Shown here piece after piece: positions 37,267-51,408 of a DNA stretch of 64,000 nt. This DNA comes from Octopus sinensis (taxonomy: Eukaryota). Location of the stretch: NCBI RefSeq assembly GCF_006345805.1, contig NC_042998.1, forward strand, positions 195,610,001 to 195,674,000, read 5' to 3'. Both the position numbers and the translations under genes were made by a program. The notes under the pieces are model-generated. The model searched no databases. It worked only from the letters and a program-made list of their open reading frames with translations, and had not been told where the DNA came from. The first letter of the stretch is position 1; every line of letters begins with the position of its first letter.

Positions 37267-37499
37267 CTTTTTAAAGAAACATTTAGTTCTGATGAAAAGT
37301 CTTAATTAATGTTCCACTTGCAGGAATGAAAATATTTCCTCCAAAATCTCTGTTTCGCTTTCATTACACAGGTATATCTTCTTTCATATTAAATTTTATT
37401 CTTATTTCTGAGTTACTGTTATTTCCATGATTAAAACGATCCCTTTGAGACTAAATGCAGACTGTTAGCTTCATTAAAGGTCCTATAACTTGTAAATGC

Positions 37500-37505
37500 A
37501 ATAAA
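37500..37505 (+). promoter_or_regulatory. Candidate polyadenylation signal for the CCP-SRCR gene
   Basis: AATAAA about 235 nt after the stop codon; ATTAAA variants also occur between 37385 and 37480. Such hexamers are frequent by chance in AT-rich DNA. Confidence 0.3.
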
Positions 37506-38494
37506 TCTAAAGCTTTCTTAACGGATCCTTACAACATAATGTGAATGTCTGCTAGAAATCGAAACCGAATTTCAGAATCAGCTTGCTAGGATTTTATATA
37601 TTTTTCTACACTTTGTCCAGTTACGTGTATTTACGATGTTTATTTATGAGTGACATTGATATAGCATCCGATTAAGATTCTTGCAGTATTTAGTTATGGT
37701 TCTCTAAGACATGTGTTCAGTCTCTGTCGGACCCCACATGGCCTTATACTCATTCCGGCTTCTATAAAGCATATGACAAGGATATACAATCATCTACACT
37801 AATTCCACACAAATGTTACACCGTATCGACGAAAGAAAATTATATCGATCACAGAAAGAGCGATGAGGTATTACCGAACTGTCGGACTTTCGACTTAATA
37901 TGCTAGCGTATGCTGAAGCTAAATGTATGATAGGAGTCGATACGAAATGCATTATAGAGTGGCAAGTCTGAATATTTGATATTGTGACGAAATTAATATG
38001 AATAATTCTGTTATCAGCTGACATAAATAAACGTATTATCACTTTTAGTTTCATTCTTCTAAGTTCGGATTCAAATTGCGTTAGAATCGTATTTGCCTTC
38101 CATTACCCATCTGTGTGATGTGTATAGGACCAGTACAACCATTGCTTTCAAAACAGATGACACTCCTTCGACGAATCTTATACAGGTGCTATGGAGCCAG
38201 TGGTGCCGTGGTGCCGTGGTGCAGGTGGTTAAATTCTTGAGCAATAGTATATACAGGGCCAGAAAGACACGAACAAGACTCGGTCTTCATTATCCTCTTC
38301 TATATATTCTGTGATTACGTTTAAATTGAAATTAAAATCAAAATCTAAGGGATCACTGTCAACTTGAACAACAACTGTATAAATTTATACAAAAGAGGTC
38401 CTCACTCAATTCTCCCTATTGGTATTTATTCATTCCCACCCTATCTGATCGGATAAAAGTCGGAGATGCTTTTGTTTATTTTCATGTCATTTTT

Positions 38495-39028
38495 ATAATA
38501 ATAATGAAATTATTGTATACAGTGCTCAGGTGCACCACAACTTGTCGAAAGTGCGTATAAAGCAGGGGTGGGCAAACTACGGCCCGCCATAGGTTTTCAT
38601 GCGGCCCGCCGAGAGGAATATTTCACAAAATTTCCTTTCAATCAATTGTGTGTTTATAGGTCTATAACCGCCTTTAAAAATATTTTCACTTGATTTTTAT
38701 AAATGAGGCCCGCCAAGGTTCCAAAGACGCACTGTGCGGCCCGCGATCAAAAAAGTTCGCCCACCCCTGGTATAAAGCATATGCAGTAATGTACAAATGT
38801 CTGGAAAGCGAACAGTGTATGAGTCAGATACATGCTTGCGTGTGTATGGAGAGGTGTAGTGTTGGCGAATCTCAGGAAGCATGGAAGTTTTGAAGGATGC
38901 AGTGCTCCGACAACTAACAACTGATGCCGGCAGTTTGTTCCATGCTTCAGCAACTCTTAGCGTGAAAAAATGTTTCTGAAAGTCATGGAAGCTGTGCTGT
39001 TTTCTGACTTTGTAAACATGTCCATGGG
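38495..39028 (-). mobile_element. CR1-type LINE 3' end, interrupted by a hAT MITE
   Basis: HGHVYKVRKQHSFHDFQKHFFTLRVAEAWNKLPASVVSCRSTASFKTSML matches the CR1 C-terminal RGH..K......RK.FFS.RV...WN.LP motif. Confidence 0.8.
38563..38769. mobile_element. hAT (Charlie-like) MITE, 207 bp
   Basis: TIRs CAGGGGTGGGCAAACT / AAGTTCGCCCACCCCTG; perfect 8-bp TSD GTATAAAG (38555-38562, 38770-38777). Confidence 0.9.
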
Positions 39029-39185
39029 AATATACAATTAATTTCATTATTATTAAAATGCCTTCTCTGAGATAATTATTGCAACAAAAGTCTTCCTGTG
39101 CTTCAGTGCACATGAGCATGTTAAATATAAATGTACATAACATTACACACACACACACACATGATGTGTTTGCTTCCATATAAAA

Positions 39186-39428
39186 AATAATAATGAAATT
39201 ATTGTATACAGTATTCAGGTGCACCACAACTTGTCAAAAGTGTGTACAAAGCGTATGCAGTAATGTACAAATGCCTGGAAAGTGAACAGTGTATGAGTCA
39301 GATACATGCTTGCGTGTGTATGGATGGGAGGAAATCAGGTGTAGTGTTGGCGAATCTCAGGAAGTATAGACGTTTTAAAGGATGCAGTGCTCCGACAACT
39401 GACAACTGATGCCGGCAGTTTGCTCCAT
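39186..39428 (-). mobile_element. Second, shorter CR1 3' end of the same family
   Basis: Direct repeat of 38495-38562 plus 38778-38945 without the MITE. Confidence 0.8.
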
Positions 39429-40108
39429 ACTACTTTTAATTGAGCAGATCTATAAACGAAAGGCGTTCCAACCATCTTTTTCTAGCTGGTCGAAATGACG
39501 TATGGATTTTCTGCATTTGCTCGTGATTTGAGGAAAATTTGGCTGCTACTTCAAGCAAATTCAAATTTACAGCGTTGTCTAAACACACACACACAGACAG
39601 ACACACACACACACTAGTAAGGGAGGTAACTGTGACCTTACTATTTCTGTCAATACATTACCCTTACTACGCTACAATAAGTTTGAAAGCAATCTTCTAG
39701 TGGTTGCGCATTCTACTTGAAATAGCAGCCAAATCCTTAAATTGCACACCATCGTCTTTCAAACAAACGAAAGCCACACAGGAAAAAGTACTCTTCGGAA
39801 AATATAACGGGAAAATCGTGTTTGGAACGTCTTCGATGAAATGTCTGCTTTATCGGAAGTGATTTGTAGCTAAACAGCAGCAATGGCAACAACAATAACA
39901 AACAACCAATAAACAAGCAAACAAACAAAGAACAACAACAACAACAACAATAACATGTGAAAGCTATTATCTTAGTTTATATCTGGTTGAGATATCTCCG
40001 AGACTCAAGATGTCTGAGGCAAGCGTCTCGTTTTGTCTCCAGTAATTCTGTGTTAAAACCCGTTCACACATTCTTAGTCGTTAACAACTGTTAATAATCT
40101 GGAGGGAG

Positions 40109-40670
40109 TATGTATGTATGTATGTATGTATGTATGTATGTATGTATTATGTATGTATGTATGTATTTATGTATGTATGTATTGTATGTATGTATGTATG
40201 TATGTTGTATGTATGTATGTATGTATGTATGTATGTATGTATGCATGTATTTATGCATGTATGTGTGTGTGTATGTATGTATGTTCGTATGTATGTATGT
40301 TCGTAATTATGTATGTATGTATGTATGTTGTATGTATGTATGTATGTATGTTTGTATGTAATGTATGTATGTATGTATGTATGTATGTTTGTATGTATGT
40401 ATGTATGTATGTATGTATGTATGTATGTATGTATGTGGTGTGTGTATGTATGTATGTATGTATGTATGTATGTATGTATGTATGTATGTATGTATGTATG
40501 TGTATGTATGTATGTATGTATGTATGTATGTATGTATGTATGTATGTATGTATGTATGCATGTATGTATGCATGTATGTGTGTGTGTATGTATGTATGTT
40601 CGTATGTATGTATGTTCGTATGTATGTATGTATGTGTGTGTGTATGTATGTATGTATGTATGTATGTATG

Positions 40671-40704
<34 letters not shown>

Positions 40705-41422
40705 TGTATATATGTATGTATGCATGTATGTGTTTGTGTGTGTATGTATGTATGTATGTATGTATGTATGTGTTTGTGTGTGTATGTATGTATGTATATA
40801 TGTATGTATGTATTGTTTGTGTGTGTATGTATGTATGTATGTATGTATTTATGTATGTATGCATGTATGTATGTATGTATGTATGTATGTATGAATGTAT
40901 GTATGTATTTATGTATGTATGTATGTATGTATGTATGTGTGTATGTATGTATGTATGTATGTATGTATGTATGTATGTATGTATGTATGTGTGTGTGTGT
41001 ATGTATGTATGTATGTATGTTTGTATGTGTGCATGCATGTATGTATGTATGTATGTATGTATGTATGTATGTAGTATGTGTATGTGTGTATGTATGTGTG
41101 CATGCATGTATGTATGAATGTATGTATGTGTGCATGCATGTATGTATGTATGTATGTATGTATGAATGTATGTGTGTATGTATGTATGAATGTATGTATG
41201 TATGAATGTATGTATGTATGTATGTATGTATGTATGTATGTATGTATGTTTGTATGTGTGTATGTATGTATGTATGCATGCATGTATGTATGTATGTATG
41301 TATGTGTGCATGCATGCATGTATGTGTGTATGTATGTGTGCATGCATGTATGTATGTATGTATGTATGTATGTATGTATGTATGTATGTATGTATGTATG
41401 TATGTATGTATGTATGTATGTA
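40109..41422. repeat. (ATGT)n microsatellite, about 1.3 kb
   Basis: Direct reading. Confidence 0.98.
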
Positions 41423-42219
41423 TTACGGACTCTCCTGGCATCAGACGACTTATGAGGGTTCGACAATTTCTTGCCGAACAACCTCACAGATGATTTGTTT
41501 ATAGCGATCAAATGTTTGTGTAGACATAAGTTCACTCCCTCCATCAAACCGACATTACCTGTACAGGTGCACCGTGTGCCACATGTTACATGACGAAATG
41601 ATCGCAGAAATGAAGCGCTTTGCTCAAGAACACAACGCAACGCTCGGTCTGGGAATCGAACCCACGATCTCGCAATCGTGAGTGCAACACCCTAACCACT
41701 AAGCCATGCACCTTAGTATATATGCATGCGCGCGCGCACGCGTGTGTGTGTGTGCATCCATCGAAATTGCAAAGTTAATCTGGAACTCGACTGAGGATAG
41801 AAAACTCCGAATGATCCGTCCTTGTTTTCCTTGTATCGTCTGTCTGGATATTTTGTTTTCCTTTTTTTTCTTTCACCTAACTGTCTGGATGTTTTTTGCG
41901 TTCTTTTCCCATTTTGTATTTTGAAACAGTATTTCATGATTTCGTTACGCTAGCGCCTGCCATACGAGCACCAACAATTTGATCTCTTTGAAAGTACGAT
42001 AGATCTGTCATTTTAATGAATTTTAATTACCTTTTTCTGATGATATCTGAAAAGAAACATCAATTTTAGCAAAACATATTAAGCAACACTAATAATAAAT
42101 AAAAAAACATAAAAATAAACAAGCTTTATACAGTGTTATAGATATTTCAAAATTATGATGATATGATAATATGATGCTAGGTGTTTCCAATATTTTGTCC
42201 GACCCCTTAATACACACAC

Positions 42220-42253
<34 letters not shown>

Positions 42254-42259
42254 GAGAGT

Positions 42260-42296
<37 letters not shown>

Positions 42297-42972
42297 CACC
42301 AAACACACACGCGCGCGCAGTGAGTCGATCAGGTAAACGAAAGGAGGTAACACACAATACAAAATTCTCATTTCTTTTTTAATCGAAGAACAGAAAAGTT
42401 CCTCAACTCTGTTATGGTTGACACATTTACATTTGTATTTCGTATTATATTTAAACACTATATGTCTATAATTTCAGTTTGTCTGTTACACATCATAAAA
42501 ATACAGTTTTATTTTTTGCTTTACTCTTAGCTATCTCATAAAACACATCATAATGTTAATGCGCACCGTTTGGGAGTGACTTATATTATTCTCTACACAC
42601 AGCGTCAATTTTCTACACGACTACTTATATTGTATGTCTACAAGCGTTTAATGGGAGATAATTCTTTTAAGATCTTACAAAGTAATCTCCCTTCGTTTTT
42701 GTTTTTAGATACTCCATTATAAAATTCTTATTTTTATTTTGATACAAAAATTTGTAGGTCCTCATGATTCGTTTTTGTGTTTTTCAGGTTAAATATTTCG
42801 ATTATATCTTTCATTTCATTCCAGAGATAAGTTTTTTTAGAATGGCATAATGGAACATATTGTGACAAGTAGAATGATTGTAGATTGGCAACTGACTTGA
42901 TTAAAGATCGCATGTTCCAACAAACTTAACAATCAGCGAAGCAAACGAGTGAGCGAAGAAACGAATTAGTAT

Positions 42973-44058
42973 ACACACACACATACATACATACATAAAT
43001 ACATACATACATACATACATACATACATACATACATACATACATGCATGCATGCATACATACATACATACATACATAAATACATACATACATACATACAT
43101 ACATACATACATACATACATACATACATACATGCATGCATGCATACATACATACATACATACATACATAAATACATACATACATACATACATACATACAT
43201 ACATACATACATACATACATACATGCATGCATGCATACATACATACATACATACATACATAATACATACATACATACATACATACATACATACATACATA
43301 CTACATACATACATGCATGCATACATACATACATACATACATACATAAATACATACATACATACATACATACATACACACATACATACATACATGCATAC
43401 ATACATACATACATACATACATAGATACGTACGTACGTACATACAAACATACATACATACATACATACATACATACATGCATACATACATACATACATAC
43501 ATACATACATAGATACGTACGTACGTACATACAAACATACATACATACATACATACATACATACATACATACATAAATACATACATACATACATACATAA
43601 ATACATACATACATACATACATACATACATACATTCATACATACATACATACATAAATACATACATATATACATACATACAATACAAACACACATACATA
43701 CATACAAACATACATACATACCATACATACATACATACATACATACATACATACATACATACATACATACATACATCCACACACACCACATACATACATA
43801 CTACATACATACTACACACACACATACATACATACTACATACATACATACATACATACATACATACATACATACATACAGACAGCCACACACACACACAC
43901 ATACATACATACATACATACATACATACATACATACATACATACATACATACATACATCCATACCACACACACACATACATACATAACTACATACATACA
44001 TACATATCATACATACATACATACATACGACATACATACATACATAATACAATACATA
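42973..44058. repeat. (ACAT)n microsatellite, about 1.1 kb (opposite orientation to 40109-41422)
   Basis: Direct reading. Confidence 0.98.
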
Positions 44059-44059
44059 C

Positions 44060-45547
44060 ATGGTCCACTAATATCGCTAGACTAAAAACCTTCACCTCAA
44101 GCTCCGACAAAGCAGCAGTAGAATGACTTTTCAAATTTATGGATAAATTTTTCCTGTCGCAACTCGTCCATGAAATAACCAAAATCAACCAAAGTGTATT
44201 GGACCCAGTGCTAAGCAATCATCCTAACACTATCCATAACAGCACAGTAGAAAGAACTCTCCAGTCCGTTCGCCACATAGTACTCTGCAACCTCAATCTG
44301 CAGCATCAAAAAATTTGGCATAAACAACTTTGACAGAGTCGACCACAAAATACTGTTAAGGAAACCATCTAACGCTGGAGTCGGTGGTAAGCTACTTCAA
44401 TGGATTAAATATTTCCTATTTCCTAACAAACAGGACCCAGCATGTTGTGGTTGATGATATCCACTCAAGACCAGCGAAAGTCATCAGCGGAGTCCCGCAG
44501 AGCACTGTGCTGGGTCCACTTTTTTTTTATTGTCTGTGTCAATGACATTGTAGATTCCATTGAACATAGCAACATTAAAATATTTGTAGATGACTCTAAG
44601 TTTCAGAAAGTCATTAAAGGAGCATATGATAGAGCGATGCTTCAATTGGACCTATGCGTAGTAACCCAGTGGATACGGAAAAGCAATCCGAGGCTGAATG
44701 AAGAAAAATTTAAGCTCATCCACTTTGAAAAAGACGGCACACTCAAACAACCATGTACACTGTCGTCGGTAGACCTACTTGAATATCAGAGACTTAGTTG
44801 TAACTGTCTACAGCAACCTTAGCTGGTGTGTACACATTAACAAAAAAGTTGATGTTGCCCGCAGAATGTGCTCATGGATACTCAGAACATTTCAAACTAG
44901 GAACCATGAAGCCATCATCCTTCTCTTCTCCACATTCGCTAGGCCCTACCTCCAATACTGCTGCCCTTTGTGGTCCCCCTACAAAAACCAAGACATAATG
45001 AGGATCGAAGCGCCACAAAGATCAATCACTACAAAAATAAATGGCATAGTGGGACTTAATTATTGAACTCGACTTAAACAGCTGAAACTCTATTCGCTGC
45101 AACGCCGTTGTGAACGATACATTATTTGCATCATGTGGGAAATATTCCACCAATATTATCCAAATGATATCGATATAATGTTTAAAATTTACCCAAGACT
45201 AGGCCCCCGTGCAATACGTCCCCTACAAAAGTCGAGATCACATCACGTAAGAGCATTCCGGCACAATTTCTTCACAGCAAATGGTCCTGCTCTTTTCAAT
45301 GTTGCCCCGAAAGAAATAAAAGTAGAATAAGACCCTCACAACTTTCAAACGGTACCTGAACAAAATCCTCCAGGAAATACCGGACAAGCCACCTACACCT
45401 CGATACGTCTCAGCCAACAACAACTCTCTGCTTGAGTGGTCCATGATGTTCCCAAATAATTAACTAAAAGACTTTTACAGGTGGTGCTATTGAGTTAGTC
45501 ATGGCCTGAGCCGAAATGGCCGAAACCAATCTAAGTTATCTAAGTTT

Positions 45548-45548
<1 letters not shown>
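44060..45548 (+). mobile_element. Degenerate CR1-type LINE (RT + C-terminus + 3' tail)
   Basis: FDRVDHKILL, LLQWIK, VISGVPQSTVLGPLFF, IKIFVDDSK, RDLVVTV..NLSW..HI, RPYLQYCCPLWSPY, RLKQLKLYSLQRR; multiple frameshifts; ends with a repeated TCTAAGTT. Confidence 0.85.
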
Positions 45549-45606
<58 letters not shown>

Positions 45607-45676
45607 AGAGAGAGAGAGAGTAGTTGTATACTGTCAACTTAATGTGAGAGTCCCACGAAGAGAATCACATCACTGC

Positions 45677-45876
45677 TATTTAGCCCTAGGGAGCATCAAC
45701 GCTTCCTGTCGGCCTTGACACATTTCCTGTGTCCTTATGTTTACAAGGGGGAGACAAACACCTCCACCCAGCTAAGCCTTACCTGAGTGGGAGTGCTTGT
45801 CTCCCCCTCGTAAACATAAGGACACGGAAAGTGGTCAAGGCCGACAGGAAGCGTTGATGCTTCCTAGGGCTAAATA
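45677..45876. repeat. Fold-back palindrome / MITE-like element, 200 bp
   Basis: TATTTAGCCCTAGG..CAAACAC versus GTGCTTG..CCTAGGGCTAAATA; arms of about 85-95 bp with few mismatches; TA at both ends. Confidence 0.88.
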
Positions 45877-47813
45877 TGTATTTATATAATATGTGTGTGT
45901 GTGTGTATACGTATGTACGTTTGTAAGTACGTATGTATGTATGTATGTAATGTATGTATGTATGTATGTATGTATGTAATGTATGTATGTATGTATGTAT
46001 GTATGTATGTATGTATGTATGTATCGTACACACAGTTCGTGGCAGGCTGCGGTTGTAGGTGTAAGAGAACATATTCTCAAGAATTCGCCTGGTGTTAAAA
46101 CACCTGGAAGTCATAGACAAGCGAGGTAACTCGCATTAAGTCCCCTTACAGGAACGATAGACGTTATTGTTTCTTCATCTTCATGACTTGTCCATATCGC
46201 GTACCCGAAACAAGGCCAGATGCAAGCTACATCGCCTTCTCATTTGAAAATATATATATACGAGCAAAATGGACGGTGCTGAGTTGTCAAACATTTAAGT
46301 CAAATTTTCTCAAAACAACTTGTCCGACCGTCCCACAGGCCTCGCCTTTGAGAAACACTGATTTAACCTAAATTTGAGACACCAGCAAAAGAAGAAATAA
46401 AGATAGACTTTTTTCTATTCCAAAGAAAAACGATTTTAATGCAAATATTGCACGATTAAGAAATAAGCAAATAGTCTTTTGTTTCTAAGATTTAAGTATT
46501 TTGACTAAATTCACCTTGAAATAAAGCTCAAACAATCTTGATTGAATACAATAATGATTTTCTTTCACTAAAAACATACTTTTGGGTTTAAAGCTGTAAG
46601 GTAATAAAAATCACTTATTAGCAAGAAAATAGTATTTTTTCCTTGAATAAAAAGCAATCAGTGTTTTCTTTCTATTAAAAAATAATTAAGCATGCCTTTA
46701 TTTCATAGAATTTTATGTTTTGTCAAACGAAGTTAAGGCAAAAAAAAAAAAAATTCTTGAGAAACCAAACAGTCGTTCCTTCCTTCATGCCAAGTTTGAA
46801 GAAAATATCTCTTTTGTATCTTACTTTTTTGGTCTCTTAAATATACTGCATTTTGTGGCATTATTTCAAGCCAGTCGGATTTTTTTTTTGCGCAAACTGC
46901 ACGTGCATTTTTCAATTACAAAGAGGTGTAATGTAAAGTGTCCATGTAACTGAAAACCCATATTATTCCGTGGGAATATGTAAACCATAAAGTCAGGAGG
47001 AATGAGAGGTAATATAGATTTATTTAAACATGCGACTTCCATAGGATTACAGCCATTTAGCAACCTTCTTCATGTAGTATTAATTTCAGTACGCAAGAAT
47101 TTATATGTACACATTTGCATTAATGTTTGTGTGCTCGGCATTTTACAACAAAATTGTATACTCATATACGGATGCAAGAGAAGAAAAGTAGCTCATTAAA
47201 TCACCAGAACATTATGGTTACATCAACTGTCCAACTCCAGCGAAACAACCATGATCCTATCGAAGTCATGTGGCTAAATAAATTCATATTCACCCCTCAT
47301 ACCTCCTGACATTATCGGTATATCGCCTACTTGCGCAATCAGTCATTGTACGATGACGGGAATAGAAGAAGAGACACCTCTCCCTGTCGTTAGCTGACAG
47401 CGTCTGCCTTTTCGGTTTCTGGTGCTGAGCAGGAGATAACCACTCCGAAATGTATGCATCCAGTAGTTTGGTCAGGGAGTTCTGCGAACTGACTCGATGT
47501 ATTTCCAACAGCGAGAAATTTTCTCCATGACAAAATACAACGAATGGCTTTCTTGCAGTTCGAGTTGCCATTGTTGAGTTGACTAGGGCAAAGTTAAATG
47601 AAGTGACTTGCTCAAGGACTCAAGGTAACAAACCCACGATCTTGCGAACATGAATCTAACATCCTATTCATTAGATCACATACCTTCACACATACACACA
47701 CACGAGCGTGTTTATGGGTGTATATGTGTACGCGTGTTGAGTGTGCGTCTTGTGTGTGTTTTATGTGTGTATGTTAGACAGACAGACAGACAAAAAAGAT
47801 AGATAGATAGATT

Positions 47814-47848
<35 letters not shown>

Positions 47849-47942
47849 GATTGTATGTATATTGTTCACATATGCATATATACATATATACATACATTCA
47901 TACATGTATATATGCATATATACATATGAGCGCGTGCACGTA

Positions 47943-48020
<78 letters not shown>

Positions 48021-48825
48021 GGTGTGTGTGTGTGTGATTTGTGAGTGTGTGTATGTTTGCGTGTCTAAGGTGTGTCCTGCAGTATAGCTATTTCCGTTTA
48101 GATAGCGTTAATCTAGACAGATTGCGAAACACATGAACAGAACATCACCCCTCCCCCTCTCTCCCTCGTTCAGAAAACTGAACCAATTTGAGCTTAACAA
48201 TGAAATTCAAGGAACAGTAGGGTTGCGCAGTTATTTACGATTGTCTAATTTCAACAAAGCCAAACCATCTAAATCGATGATAATTCGATGCATCTGTTAG
48301 GAGAATTTTAAGTTAGTGATAGGATATGAACCACCAAATTGTCAGACACCACAATCAATGTTTCAGTGATTCCTGACTTATAAAATATATCTAGAACTAT
48401 CTATCATAGAATGATAAGAAGATATATGTTACCCGTGGCCTCGTTGATCACTGATAAAGGATAACACGATATGCTCAGATGTGAACCATGTTATGCTTAT
48501 CACGGATTGATCTGTGATAACACGAGTCAGTGGCCAGTCGAAGATTCTGCTTGTACCATAGAAACGCCACTCAGCTACCAAGAATGTGCTAATTGTCACT
48601 TGTGTCTTCATGACCATTCTGAGAGGCTGCCTATTTTAATTTTCGGATTTAAGTACTCGTACCCATCACCATGGGAACAGTAAACAAATAAATAAGTAAA
48701 TAAATAAAATATGAGGACGCCTAATCCTAACAAATGACGCAGACGACAAGAGCAGATAGAGATAATAATAATAGTTTCAAATTTTGCCACAAGAGTAGCA
48801 ATTTTGGGAAAGTTCCGCTGGTCCT

Positions 48826-49906
48826 TAATTCATCGACCTCGAAAGGATGAAAGGCAAAGTCGACCTCGGCGGAATTTGAACTCAGAATGTAGTAGCAGAC
48901 GAAATACCTATTTCTTTATTACCCACAAGGGGCTAAACACAGAGCGGACAAACAAGGACAAACATAGGTATTAAGTCGATTACATCGACTCCAGTGCGTA
49001 ACTGTTACTTAATTTATCGACCCCGAAAGGATGAAAGGCAAAGTCGACCTCGGCGGAATTTGAACTCACAACGTAACGGCAGACGAAATACCGCTAAGCA
49101 TTTCGCCCGGCGTGCTAACGTTTCTGCCAGCTCGCCGCCCCGCAGACGAAATACCTATTTCTTTACTACCCACAAGGGGCTAAAAACAGAGAGGACAAAC
49201 AAGGACAGACAAACGGATTAAGTCGATTACATCGACCCCAGTGTGTAACTGGTACTTAATTCTTGACCCCGAAAGAACGAAAGGTAAAGTCGACCTCGGC
49301 AGAATTTGAACTCAAGAACATAGCGATGAAATTCCTATTACTTTATTGCCCACAGGGGCTAAACACAGAGGGGATAAACAAGGACAGACAAATGGATTAA
49401 GTCGATTATATCAATCCCAGTACGTAACTGGTACTTATTTAATCTACCCCGAAAGGATGAAAGGCAAAGTCGACCTCGGGGATATTTGAACTCAGAACGT
49501 AGTGGCAAATGAAATACCTATTTCTTTACTACCCACAAGGGGCTAAAAACAGAGAGGACAAAAAAAGGACAGACAAACGGATTAAGTCGATTACATCAAC
49601 CCAGTGTGTAACTGGTACTTAATTTATCAACCCCGAAAGGATGAAAGGTAAAGTCAACCTCGGTGGAATTTGAACTCACAACATAACGGCAGACGAAATG
49701 CCTATTTCTTTACTACTCACAAGGGGCTAAACACAGTGGGAACAAACAAGGACAGACAAACGGATTAAGTCGATTATATCGACTCCAGTACGTAACTGGT
49801 ACTTATTTGATCGACCCCGAAAGGATGAAAGGCAAAGTCGACCTCGGCGGAATTTGAACTCAGAACGTAGCGACGGGCAAAATACCGCTAAGCATTTCGC
49901 CCGGCG
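48826..49906 (-). mobile_element. SINE family B multimeric array (five full bodies + one partial)
   Basis: Repeating units of roughly 185 bp, each beginning (plus strand) GAAATACCTATTTCTTT or a variant; heads at 49081-49140 and 49880-49906. Confidence 0.85.
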
Positions 49907-50209
49907 CGAAATAATAACGGTAACTGGAGCTTCGCGACTGCGGGCAACGAGCTTGAATGCCAATCAATGACTCTTACCATTCGTTCCGTTTACAAAGCGT
50001 ACGGGGGTGATTCATTTTTCACTGATTTTTTTTAATCACCGTGATATTTTTTTAACCAAACCCTCACAATAAACGAGGATAAATGTAAAAGAAGATGAAA
50101 TAAAGTCGAGTATTTTTGACACAGGTGCATATTTCATTTTATCTGTCAAACAGATGTGTATTTGCTCTTTCCAGTAATATCCAGTAGGTACAAATATGTA
50201 CACGCTCTC

Positions 50210-50240
<31 letters not shown>

Positions 50241-50319
50241 TCCTCCCTCCTCTCTCTCTCTTAAAGAGAAATCTATTGCAAAATAATTTGAAACATTATT
50301 CTGCTTACGTTACGTGCTG

Positions 50320-50419
50320 NNNNNNNNNNNNNNNNNNNNNNNNNNNNNNNNNNNNNNNNNNNNNNNNNNNNNNNNNNNNNNNNNNNNNNNNNNNNNNNNN
50401 NNNNNNNNNNNNNNNNNNN
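50320..50419. other. Assembly gap (100 N)
   Basis: Exactly 100 N, a typical scaffolding placeholder; true gap size and adjacency are unknown. Confidence 0.99.
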
Positions 50420-51159
50420 TTGTTGGCAATGCCTCACTAGGGCAATGTAATACAATATTGCTAAACCGCTGTATTTTGCTACTCTCTCTCCCTTCTTTCT
50501 TTTAATTTCTTTATTACTCTCACTGCTTTCATTCTCTTAGTTTTACTTCTTTATGTGTTTTTCTTTTGCTTTTGTTTGTCCTTTTCTTCTATTTCTAGTA
50601 TTCTGGTTGACTTCGACATTACCATCATCATTGCTTCTTGTTTTTGTTTTTGTTTGTTTTTTCTCACTGTAGAAAAGATATGGTCTAAAACTTTTATGTT
50701 TTTTTTTTATAGCTCCATCTGACATGAAAATATACTCTAAGTAAGGAGAACAAGAAATAACCAAACATATCAACAAGAACCCTGAGAACGCGATGTTAAG
50801 TATGGAGGCCCCATGGTCTCAATGTTCTTTAAAATCTTTTCCCCAAAAAGCACAAGGCCTGAAATTTTGTGGGGGAGAGGGGCTAGTCGATATATCGACC
50901 CCAGAGCATAACTGGTACTTATTTCATCAAGCCCGAAAAGATGAAAGACAAAGTCGACCTCGGCGGATTTTGAACTCAGAACGTAAAGGCGGACGAAATG
51001 CCGCTGAGCATTTTGCCCGGCGTGCTAATGATTCGGCCAGCTTGCCGCCTTCTCAATGTACATAATAATCATTTCTACAATAGGGCACAAGGCCTGAAAT
51101 TTTAGGGGAGGGAGCTAGTCGAGATAATAGTTTCCACCATTAAAAGTGAAAGTATATAA

Positions 51160-51408
51160 TAATGAAAGTATTAAACTGAAAGTACCATTAGAATACTGTA
51201 ATACTGAAATAGTGTAAGAGATAAGAGATTGCTCCGGGCTCGCATTAGGCAATAAGTTGAGAATTTTTGGGGGCCTCGACACTGCATGGATCTTAAGTAA
51301 GGCATGTGTAAAATTTTAATGAAATCGGCTGAGTAGTTCTCGAGTTGTTGTGATGTACACGTATAGACACACAGACAGACAGACATTCTCAGTTTTATTT
51401 ATATAGAT
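51160..51408 (+). mobile_element. Partial Helitron-like element of another family
   Basis: Ends with CACACAGACAGACAGACATTCTCAGTTTTATTTATATAGAT, the same style of 3' terminus. Confidence 0.4.

Noticed and set aside
40110-44061. Long ORFs of up to 396 aa (MYVC/HTYI repeats)
   Set aside because: Translations of (ATGT)n/(ACAT)n, which lack stops in several frames; no coding evidence.
47290-47571. Non-repetitive 93-aa minus-strand ORF as a possible exon
   Set aside because: No recognisable domain or convincing splice sites; the length is within chance expectation.
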